From Octopus vulgaris (lineage: Eukaryota): DNA of 64,000 nucleotides. How positions within the stretch are numbered: position 1 is the first letter of the stretch; the number at the start of each line of letters is the position of its first letter. The DNA lies in the NCBI GenBank assembly GCA_951406725.2, contig OX597818.1, positions 85,560,001 to 85,624,000 of the forward strand, in the 5' to 3' direction. The notes beneath the pieces were generated by a model. The model was not told the DNA's origin. It searched no databases and saw only the letters and a list, made by a program, of their open reading frames with translations. The position numbers and the translations under genes were made by a program. Shown piece after piece: positions 53,099 through 64,000 of the stretch.

Positions 53099-53739
53099 GT
53101 ACCTTGAGGGTAAGTCCTGATACCTGACCTCTACTTTGCCCTTTTTCTGCTGGAGAAGCTATGTATCTTCTCTACAGCAAGACATCTGTTCCTGTCCTCC
53201 TTTCATATTTTAACCTCTCAGGACCCAGCTCAGAGCCACCTCCTTGATACTGCATCACTACTCTGTCACAGGGACATGTTTTGCAAATTACTTGATGACT
53301 TCACTATTGCAGGTGCCACCAAAATGACACCCAGTCCACCCTGTAAACTACTTGGCATTAGGAAGGGTCTCCAGCTGTAGAACCCTACTGAAGCTGACAT
53401 TGGAGAGCAACGCAGCCCTCTGGCTTTTGGATCTTGTGAAACTGTCCAACTCATACCAGCATAGAATACATTTCAACAATGATGTTAATGCCACCAGGGT
53501 CAACTTTGCCTTTCACTCTTTCAGGATCAATAAGAAGTACTGGGTTTGATCTAATTGACACAGTCCCTTTCCCTGAAATTGCTTGCCTTGTGCCAAAAAT
53601 TTGAAATCAAAATGATGATAACATGTCAAGAAGATTAAACGTCTTTTCATGGTGTACTCATGTCATTGATACCAGCAGGAAACCATTGCTTACAAACCAG
53701 CAAATGTGAAGGATACACACACAAAAATATCACCAACAT

Positions 53740-54045
53740 TGTTTAACATTCAATTTTCCCTGCATGCATGTCGGAGTGAATTTGCAGAGGCAGATTTTTT
53801 ATGGCTGGATGCCCTTCCTGCCACCAACCCTTACCTGTTTTTTTTTTTTTTTCAAGAAAGTTAGTATCCCAGTGGCCAAATATGTCAGAAGATTAGAAAC
53901 AAAGGATGCCACTTGCTTACAACTATAATGCAATACCAAAACAAAGAGACATTAATGCACATATGTACATATATGACAGTTTTCTTTCAGTTTTTGTTTC
54001 CCAAATCCACTTACAAGGCTTTGGTCAGCCTGGGGCTATAATAAT
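53740..54045 (-). mobile_element. Composite SINE (partial H1) + T2, reverse
   Basis: Similarity to 6495-6905. Confidence 0.6.
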
Positions 54046-55144
54046 TCACCTATTCTAAAAACTAGAGTACACATGATGATTTAAAAAGTAATTAGACTGT
54101 GGTTACATTTTAACTAAAGCGCACACTCCTGACAATTTAGGTGTTGGCCTAGTGGAGTAGTATTGTTACTATTACCACTACAACTACTATTGTTGTTGCT
54201 AACGCTACTGATGATGATGATGATGATGATGATGATTCTAGGTATAAATAAATATTTATCTTCAAATCACCTTGAACAAATGACCAATTTAATCTCAGAG
54301 ATGCCAGTTGTATTGCACTTATTGGGGAGTTTCTGTTTCTTTGTTGCTGTTGGCAGTGGTGGTATTGGTGGTGGTTGTTCCCAGCCCCATCACTGCTCCA
54401 ATCTCTTTATGCTCACACATACATAATTACATACAATCATACATACAAAGAAACACACACATACATATGCATGCATATACAAAATTGTTTAAGCAGAAAA
54501 TTAATCCAAATTCTAAGAAAAAAGCAAATTTTTTTCAAAATATTTTTTCTCTTGTTTAGCTTTGGTTATTATTTTTGTTATTTTTAATAGTAGTGGTAGT
54601 AATAGTATTATTATTATCATTATTATTATATTAGAAAAATATTAGCAGTCGTAGTATTACTATTCTTAATATTTTATTTTATTAGTTATTGTTATCACTA
54701 TTTTCTTGTTCATTAGTATATTTGTATATATTTTCTTTCTCTATTTTTCTTTGCTTTCTTTTATTTCTTTAATCACAGTTGATAGACCCTACAACACAAT
54801 TTTTATGTTATTACAGTAGTAGTAGTAGTGGTGGTGGTGGTAGTAGTAGTTGTAGTAGTCGTCATCATAGCAGAAGTAAAAGACAAGGAAAGTAAAGAAC
54901 GCTTTCTACTGCCCAACAATTGGTTCCTTTTTTAATACCATAATAATGGTATAACAAAGGATAGAAAAACGATGTAGGTAGTGGTAGTGGTAGTGACAGT
55001 GGTGGTGGTGGTGGTAACGGCAGCAACAGTGGCATTGGTATCAAAGATGTTATGGTAACATAGTGATGGGGGTTGTGGTGGTGTGGAGTGTAAAAGTAAA
55101 TACACCAAACAGCAACGTAAAAAAAGATCAGTAAAATTAGTTCA

Positions 55145-55196
<52 letters not shown>

Positions 55197-56015
55197 AGAG
55201 GAAAAGTAAAGAAATATTTATACTTTTTGAAGAATAACCAATAATGGCTTGCAACAAATAAAAAAAAACTTTAAAAATAGGGAAATTGGAAGAAATGATA
55301 CAATGCCAGTTAGGCTAAAAAATGCTTTACTGTATTTTGTAGGTTTATCTTTTATTCTAAGTTTTAATAGGGTTGGCTCTATCTTCCAGTCTTTTGTTGG
55401 TGTTTGCTAAGAATTAGGGGCCTCTTAAGCCCGGATTCATTGATTGATAGAGACTGTACCAACTCCCCAACTACTTTGCAGTAGGGAGACTGGAGCTTTG
55501 GGTTTTTTTTTTGTAAGGTATTTTGTAGAGGTGGGGAGATGCCCATGAAACCCTTTGCTGACCCTCTCAGACTGAACATGCTAATGTGGTGGATATAAGA
55601 AAGCATTTATAGAGTAGCAAATGACATCATAGTCATCATTTAACATTCTTTTACCATACTGGCACTGGTTGGATGATATGACAGGATCTGGTGACCTGCA
55701 GGGATATGCAAAGCCCCAATATCTGATTTGCTATGGTTTCTACAGCTGGATGCCCTTCCTAATGCCAGCTACTTCATAGTATGTACTAGGTGCATTTTTC
55801 AAGGCACCAGCACTAGTGAGGTTGCCAAGTTACTTACAAGTCAGAAAAAGAGGAAGGGGGGAAAACGAGAAAATTCCTACTACTATGTGGGTGGGTGGAA
55901 ATTAAACTAAAAATGAATTTTTAAAAATGTTGATGATGATGATGACAATGATGATCATGATCATGATGACATGATTATTGTGATGATAGCTTCATTTTGC
56001 AAGTGTGCCAATCAT

Positions 56016-56275
56016 CACATGATCATGTGACTGGCAGAGGCTATCAGATGTTGTTGCACATCGCTGGTCACAATGCACTTTACATTGTTTTAGCCTTCAA
56101 ATGATCCCACCCCGCTGGCTATGCGAGTGGGCCAACGATCTCTGCTGATCAAAGGGGTACTGGAGTAATGTGAAATGAAGTGTTTTGTTCAAGAACAAAA
56201 CATACCAACTAGTCAGGGAATGAAACCCACAATCTCGTGATTATGAGTGCAACAGCCTAACTGCTAGGCCATGTG
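56016..56275 (-). mobile_element. tRNA-derived SINE (H3-like head, third tail type), reverse
   Basis: Minus strand catggcctagcagttaggctgttgcactc...ttcttgaacaaaacacttcatttcaca head. Confidence 0.55.
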
Positions 56276-57961
56276 ATTTCATGAGCCAGTCATAACTTCT
56301 GGAATAGCTTTGATGGTACCTTAGTGTCTCACTAGTACCTCTAGGAAAAAACTGATCTTTGAGCTCCAACTTTATGAAATCTGTGAATGCTTTATTACAT
56401 CAATTGACACCTGCTTAAGTGATGTAATAAATTCTCCACCTCTGCTCTAGCACCTATATACATTTTGGTCACCAAAGGTCAGCAAAGATTGAAAATGTTT
56501 AAACTAGGGGTCAAAACTGGCCTGGTTCATAGTAATGAAAGCAGCTCTAATATCTCAGCTCATGATTACAGATTACAGAATATTATTGTACTGCTAGCTA
56601 ATACTAGCAAACCGTATTGCTAATATTAGTTAAATTGTACCATTCTGAGTTAACCCTTTTGCATTTAAGCTGGCCATATCCAACCAAAAGATTTTACTTG
56701 TATTATGTTCAGAATGGCCAGATCCACTTACCCTACAATGTCATTGTAAAAACAAACAATCACATCATTAAATGGTAAGCGCAATGATGCCAGTTGAATA
56801 TTGGGATCAATGAAATCAACTTATTCCCTGCCCCAAAATTGCTGGCCTTGTGCCAAAATTTGAAACCATTATTATTAATTGTTATTATAGTTAATCTCCT
56901 CCTCCTCCTACCCTCCTCTTTCTCTTTTCATTCTCCTCCTTTCCTTCTCCTTTCCTCCCCTTCCTTATTGATATTGTTATTACTCTTATAGGTATTATTC
57001 TTATATTGATAAGTGTGTAAGAAAACGTTATTTTGAAGAAAGAAGTAAAACCCAAAGTGTAAAATAAATGAAATTCTTTGTTTATTTTGCACACTGCATG
57101 TGTATGTGCATGCGTGTGTGCGTGTGTAATTTTTGGCACAGATTCTTTCTTTCAGTCTTCACCCCCACCCCACCCCCACTACTGGTAGCAGGAGCGTTCC
57201 TTATGTTCGTTTGTTTTTATGAAGCCACTCTGTTATGTTGAGAGTATTTTGGCAAATTGTTCCAGTCCTTACATTTAGGTTCTTCCCTTAAAAAAGAGAA
57301 CGGAAAAGTAAAAATATTCATCATGGGTGTATGTGTGTTGTATATATGTTTGTAAGTATCTTGTGTGTATGTATTGTATGTGTGTTTTTCTTGGAGACTG
57401 ATGGATTACAAGGAATTATATAATGCATGTACATGCATAGAAACAGCTTCATGTGTGTGTGCAATGGGTTGTATTACTCATTGTGTGCATATGAAACTGG
57501 CAGAGAGTGTATATAAAAGTATTTGCAAGCACATATAAAACACTTATCTCCTGTTTTCTCTCTCCTTTCTTTCTAATCCTACCTCTCTCTCCCCCTCCCT
57601 AAATAGTTATGTAGATACTTGTTCAACATAAATAATGTTTATCTATATTGTTGTATAACATATAATGCTACATATCATATATATCTATATATATTTCTGT
57701 GTATATATATATATATGTATAATGCTATATAACACTTATGTGCATTATCATATAACACACACACACATATAGCTTTATAACATTGCTGTAAAACACGCAT
57801 ATATTGCTATATCATATATATTATTATATAACATACACACACACACTGCTATATAACATATACACAACGTATTGCTAAATGGTGTATTAGTCATTCACAT
57901 TTGTTATAGAATAATTTATATTGTAATTCTAATCATGATTTTCCCTATCTCCCCTTTACAG

Positions 57962-58130
57962 ATCACTCTGCAAGTGATGAATCTTCCTCAGGTGAGGGGC
58001 CAGTACGAGTGTGCCTTCTCTGCTTACGGCCGCAACCACACATTGACTACAAATGCTCAGAAGGCCCGCGACCAGGTGATCTGTCGCACACCCATCAGTA
58101 GTAAACTCCCTCCAATTCCAACTGGCAAAG
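57962..58130 (+). CDS. PlexB: Internal coding exon of a plexin (Plexin-B-like): TIG/IPT-like domain after PSI-1
   Basis: Acceptor ccctttacAG (57960-57961) and donor GTAAGT (58131). Starts in phase 0, in frame with the previous exon. Encodes ITLQVMNLPQVRGQYECAFSAYGRNHTLTTNAQKARDQVICRTPISSKLPPIPTGK, with the plexin motifs L-x-V-x-N-L-P...C-A-F...T-N-A...V-x-C-x-T-P...L-P-x-I-P-x-G. Confidence 0.9.
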
Positions 58131-58718
58131 GTAAGTTGTCTTCCTCTTTTATTTTTCTCCAAACCCTTTCTCTCTCTCTTTCTCTGAACCCTATCGTTAG
58201 TTTGTGAGGTCATTTCTATAATTCTTTTTAATCAACATTGTCTTTCCATTTTCATTTAAGGTACCAGGATTTGTAGCAATTAGCTGTACTTGAGAAGTCA
58301 CATCAAACTAAGTAAAATTGTGGCCATCCATACATACAGGCATGTCCTTTATGGCCATGGTTTCCCACCCCTATGCCCTCTCACAGCTGAGAAGTCTTCG
58401 TCTTGCAGGTGCCAGTGCCACATAAAATGCATTCATGCTGGTAGCACATAAAAAGCACCCAGCACACTCTGTAAAATGGTTAGCATTAGAAAAGGCATGC
58501 AGCCATAGAAACTATCTCAAAACAGACAACTGGAGCCTGGACTGCTCTCCAGCTGTCCAACTCCTGTCAAACTATCCAACCCATGGCAGCATGGAAAACA
58601 GATATTAAACGATGACGAGGATATCACACCCTTCCAAATGCATTTTACCAAGTGCATATGACACTTTTAGTGGAGGAAGTGAATATTCAACATTTTATAA
58701 ATTTGCCACAAAAGCTGT

Positions 58719-59162
58719 TTAACCCTTCAGCATTAAAACTGGCCATATCAGGCCTAAATATTATACCTGTTTTCTGTTCAAATTGACTGGATCAGGCCTC
58801 TTACAACTATCCTGCAATGCCATTCTAAAATTAAACAAATACATCATGGAAACCTCAAAGCTAAAGCTACAAGATGATGTATGATTAATTTGAAAGCAGT
58901 ATGAATAAATAAGCATTATATTTGACAGAGTATCTCAATGTTAAAGGATTAGCCTGGTCATATCTAGACCAAATATTCTACCTGTATTGTGTTCAAACTG
59001 ACCAGATCAGGCCTCTCACATATACCCTGCAATATTCTTTTTGAAATTAAAATGCATCATTGAAATCGTGAAGCTACAAGATAATGTATGATCAATTGAA
59101 AGCAATGTGAATAAATAAGTGTTGTTATATTTGACAGAATAAGCTGAATGCTAATGAGTTAA
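58719..59162 (+). mobile_element. Tandem dimer of piggyBac-like MITE family B
   Basis: First copy 58719-58952; second copy lacks its left end and ends gctaatgag-TTAA. Confidence 0.75.
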
Positions 59163-60422
59163 ATTTTTCCAAAGAATTTTGATGTTTTATCATTGTATCT
59201 TTTGTGAGTTATTAAATTATTTACAAATTTGAATACATATTTAAGTGAACTATACCAAACAAAATTACCAGGCAGCTCTTTGTCTCTACTACACTTGGAA
59301 TCCTTGATTCCCATCCTTTGCTTGTTAATTACTGAATCTCTAACTTAAATTTCAATGTCAAGCAGTGTTGATTTAATTAAGCTCTACTTTTCTCTGCCTA
59401 GATAACAATGAGGTTTCAAATATACTTTCATAATGAAATGAGCAATTTTTGAAATTTTGTTGAATATTTCTTTCCTTCATCAAACACTTCATACATCTCA
59501 GCACAATTGTGCTCTTGGGGACAGTTGGAGTATTGACCCAATGGCCCAGTCTTTTGCAAAAGTGATGGCCACTCATTCCTGCAAGGCCCCATTGAATTCA
59601 GCACTGCTGTGCCGAGAAGCACTTGTCAATTTTTCTTTGTTACTGCTACTCATGTTATCATCATCATACAGACACTGCACTATCATACATCATTATATAC
59701 ACACATACAACATATATGTACGCATATACACCTATACCTATGATAGCTGCACGTTCACATTCTGTATGCATACATTTATTTGTGTGTTAAATTCACTTAT
59801 ATGAATGTATATTTATCATATACTCACACGCATATGAAATAATCCAGCAATTTTTAATCAAATTGACATTATGTGTATATACATGTATGTACATAAAGTA
59901 AGAAGGGTGCATCTATGTGTGGATATGAATGTCACTGTAGAAATTGTAGAAATGTGTGTAATGTCCATGCAATCAAAAAGCATGCATGTATATCCATCCA
60001 TGGGGAAATGTTACCATACTTTGAAACAGTTGAGGATTGGTGATGGGAAGGACTATGTGGAAGTGACCTGGATTTAATGAGAGACAAAGACAGAAACATT
60101 AATGTGTGTGTGTGTATACATATGTATATTAATGTTTGTTTTTATGGCCACTTATAATAAAAACAATTTTACATTAGTCTGATGGGTTACTCTATACTTT
60201 TGTAGAGTACAAATTTATTATTCTTATACAAGAATGTTTTTGACAGTGACTTTGAAGTTGTGACCAGCTAAGCCATCATCATAAATATTTATGCTTATAT
60301 ATATAAGCTTAAAAATTTATGTTAGCTAAGCACTATATGGAAAGAACATACATACATACATACATACTTACATATGATAGTTGTTACTTGATTTCAAGTA
60401 ATGTCATTGTTTCATTGTTCTA

Positions 60423-60640
60423 TTAACCCTTTAGCATTCAAATTTTTCTGTCAAATGTGATGCTTATCTATTCACACAGTTTTGAATTAATTAAGCATCA
60501 TCACATAGCTTTAAGATTCTGATGATGTGATTAGATTGTTTATTTTATTTTTAGAGTAACATTGTAGATAAGCATGAGCGGTCAGATCAGACTGGTTTGA
60601 ACATAAAACAGGTAGAATATTTAGGCCAGTTTAAATGTGA
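60423..60640 (-). mobile_element. piggyBac-like MITE family B, reverse
   Basis: TTAA-ccctttagcattca start; reverse complement of the 41398 copy. Confidence 0.75.
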
Positions 60641-60699
60641 ACAACAGGAATATGTGGCTTTCATTCCTGCATATGTCTTACATTAATTGGTATGGATGT

Positions 60700-60936
60700 G
60701 GCGGCGAGCTGGCAGAAACGTTAGCACGCTGGGCAAAATGCTTAGCAGTATTTCGTCTGCCGTTACGTTGTGAGTTCAAATTCCGCCGAGGTCGACTTTG
60801 CCTTTCATCCTTTTCAGGGTCGATAAATTAAGTACCAGTTACGCAATGGGGGTCGATGTAATCGACTTAATACCTATGTCTGTCCTTGTTTGTCCCCTCT
60901 GTGTTTATCCCCTTGTGGGTAATAAAGAAATAAATA
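60700..60936 (+). mobile_element. Young full-length tRNA-derived SINE (head H2)
   Basis: CpGs intact; B-box gagttcaaattcc; TSD ggtatggatgt(ggc) at 60689-60702 and 60937-60950. Confidence 0.9.
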
Positions 60937-60959
60937 GGTATGGATGTGGCAATGACGGG

Positions 60960-61295
60960 CACTTCCTGTTGTAGGTGTTAACATTATTGTCTTGGTGAAA
61001 CTTCTCACCTCCTGATGCTCATTCTTTTCCCTTGCTCCCTGCAAAAAGAGATTGCCATTGTAGTGCATAGTTAACAACTTCCCTGTGTGTGTGGCTATTC
61101 TGATGACTTCTAAGATCTGCTTCACTTAGACACACATGTCCACACTTATTACATGTTAAACTGGGTTGTACCCCAACATGATTCATGTGAAAACCATAAC
61201 AAACATCTCTCTTGAGCTGTTCATGTTCAATGTGATTTTCTTTGAATTCTTCTGTCCTACTTTCTTCCATGATGGATTCCCTAGAGCAAGGTTTT
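60960..61295 (-). mobile_element. RTE/BovB-like LINE 3' fragment with C-terminal CCHH finger
   Basis: Minus-strand LTCNKCGHVCLSEADLRSHQNSH (C-x2-C-x12-H-x3-H), typical of RTE ORF C-termini. Confidence 0.65.
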
Positions 61296-61371
61296 TCGTA
61301 TCTATTTCAGTGTGTTTATACCTTAAGACTAACATGACATATATGTACATTAACATTATACACATGTGTGT

Positions 61372-61412
<41 letters not shown>

Positions 61413-62046
61413 GTGTATGTATACATATGTATGTGTGTGTATATATATGTTCATATGTGTGTGTGTGCATATGTATATATAGTGAGAGAGAGAGAGATAC
61501 ATGCATATATGTACAGATAGATAGATACAGATACATGCATATATATATATAGATATATGTAACACATGCACATATATAAATTTATTTATCTATTTTCACA
61601 TGTAACAAAATGTGTAAGCATGTGTGCAGTGTATTCATTTACATGTGTTAAATGTCGGCTTGGCTTCTACATAGATGCATCTCATATTTTTACTCACTGC
61701 CTCTTACTTTCATCTCATATGGGTAGATAGGTATATATAAAAATATGTATTCAAGCACATATATATATATCAGCATATATCCACCATTATCCTACCATAA
61801 AGCTCTTGTGTGTATCTTGCATTAAATTTTCATGATACTTCCCTTTTATCTGTTACATTATATATATAAAATATGTAATACTGTCCACATGTGTGTATCT
61901 GTGTATGTGTAAAATGTTACATATATAAATATACAAAATATTACACATATAATGTATATATGTGTGTGTAAACAATTATGTATATGCATTCATAAAATAT
62001 TACATATACATTATATGAAATTATATATATACATATATATTCATGC

Positions 62047-62077
<31 letters not shown>

Positions 62078-62904
62078 TATACATACATAAAATATTATAT
62101 ATACACACACACACACATATACATACATAAAATATTATATATAGACAGTAATACATGCATATCTTAAATTCAATCTTTTTACATACTCCAACCTGCTCAG
62201 GATTAAAAAAAAAATATTATTATTATTGACTGTTTTTTTCTTTTTTTTTTTCTTTTTGTGCCTCTCTCAACTCGTTTGCTCATGCAAATATCATTGTTTA
62301 TGCAATGTTTACATTCACAGATATTTGATGATAAAACAACTATTCGGAACTCTTGCACTTTATCATGTCTCATATGTACTAAACATGATTTTGTAGTTGT
62401 TTTTCCAATTTGGGGTGGTTTGTTGTTACTTTTTTTTTGTTTTTAATTTTCTTCCAAAATGTTGTATATGCTTAGTTCCAAACAGTTTTTGCATCAATTG
62501 AAATATTTCAAGACACACACACACACACATATGTTGTATGTACACACTTGTGCAACTGTGTACATATAATATCTATATGCAATTATGTGCATCATATGTA
62601 TATAGTTGTTTGTGGTTTTGTGTGTGTGTGTATAATATATATACAGCTATATATAGCTAGCTAGCTAGATACATGTATACACATAATCATGAATATAGTT
62701 ACTACATATTTGAGATCATATATATACATTCACACACACAAGCCTCCTATGCCTGCACACTTATGCAACAAATTCCCTTGCAAAGCTTTAGCCAGCTTGG
62801 GGTTATAGCCACCTAAGGGAACTGTACCCAAAACCATGTCTTTGGGAAGCAAACTTTTTAACTACACAGCCATGCTTATATATGTGTATGTTTGTGTATG
62901 CATC

Positions 62905-63210
62905 TTTTATTTTTCACTTGTTTCAGTCATTAGACAGCCGCCATGTTGGGGCACTATCTCAAAGGAATCGACCCCAGTACTTATTTTTCTCTAAGCCTGG
63001 TATTTATTCTATCAGTCTCTTTTGCTGAACTGCTAAGTTACATAAACAAGACATCACCAGTTGTCATGCAGTTGTGGAGGATAAACATAGACATATATAT
63101 ATATATATATATATATACACAATGGCCTTCATTCAGTTTCCATCTGCCAAATCCACTGACAAAGCTTTGATCATTCAGAGGCTATAGTAGAAGACACTTG
63201 CTCAAGGTAT
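62905..63210 (-). mobile_element. Composite SINE (partial H1) + T1, reverse
   Basis: T1 tail 62905-63090, (TA)n, head 63125-63210. Confidence 0.7.
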
Positions 63211-63219
63211 CATGCATGC

Positions 63220-63279
<60 letters not shown>

Positions 63280-63398
63280 CAACAATGGACTATAATAACT
63301 GTTGTAATTTAATCATCCATAGTCTGATATAATATTTCAGAATACCAAAATTCCTTCTTCATATATCCCTAGGAATTGATCAAGTCACTGCTATAATT

Positions 63399-63436
<38 letters not shown>

Positions 63437-64000
63437 TGCATTTCTCTCTTTCTCTCTCTCTCTCTCTATCTCTCTCTGTATATATATACATACATACACA
63501 CACACACACATACGTACATGTGTAAATATATACTCCTCTTCAGTCACCTGTTTCCACTCATTTCTACTCATCTTGTGTCTTGAGGGTTCAACATACCATC
63601 TCATCCCTGTTATTTTTATTCCAGTCCAGCTCCGCATCAGTTATTCCTTTCCCACCTCCTATAATGCATGTAGCCGTGTAAGCTCCTCTACTGCAAGATC
63701 TGCTCTCTTCACTCATATTTTCAACTAATCATCTCCTAGCATAAAATCACCTCCCTCTTCATTGTGGCAGTGCTCATTTGAAGATCTTTGCCTCATAAGC
63801 TGCATGGGTAACCTCCCCTGTTCTGGTGCCTTAAACAAAGCACCTAGCACACACCGTTAAATGATTGGCCTTAAGAGCATCCAGCCATAGAAATCATGCC
63901 AAATTCAGATACTGCAGCATGATGCAGTCCTTGGATCTATCAGATTATGATGATGAACTACACACAAAGCTACTAGAGAGAGAGAGAGAGAGAGAGAGAG

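Noticed and set aside
60700-60790. tRNA genes at SINE heads
   Set aside because: A/B boxes are present but there is no cloverleaf; they continue into SINE bodies with TSDs.

Overview
AT-rich animal genomic DNA, dense in microsatellites and transposons. The SINE, RTE and MITE repertoire strongly resembles Octopus (coleoid cephalopod); this is an inference from memory, not a database match. Almost all listed ORFs are artefacts of (TA)n/(CA)n/(GA)n/(ATC)n repeats. The only host-gene coding sequence I can support is two phase-compatible + strand exons of a plexin, most like invertebrate Plexin-B: 51935-52073 (end of the first PSI domain) and 57962-58130 (the following TIG-like domain). The first ~52 kb therefore appear to be one very large intron. 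The rest contains: three tRNA-derived SINE head families with interchangeable tails; a 5'-truncated RTE LINE whose RT carries an inserted PHD-like finger; a deleted DD37D (maT) Tc1/mariner element; hAT-, piggyBac- and pogo-type MITEs; a Helentron-type non-autonomous element; and Penelope-like remnants. The most striking items are (i) an apparently intact type I hammerhead ribozyme (5933-5993, same strand as the plexin pre-mRNA) inside a young ~350-bp element with a perfect 31-bp inverted repeat, sitting in a (TA)n tract, and (ii) an inverted-repeat element carrying a tRNA-like Pol III cassette (46090-46451).
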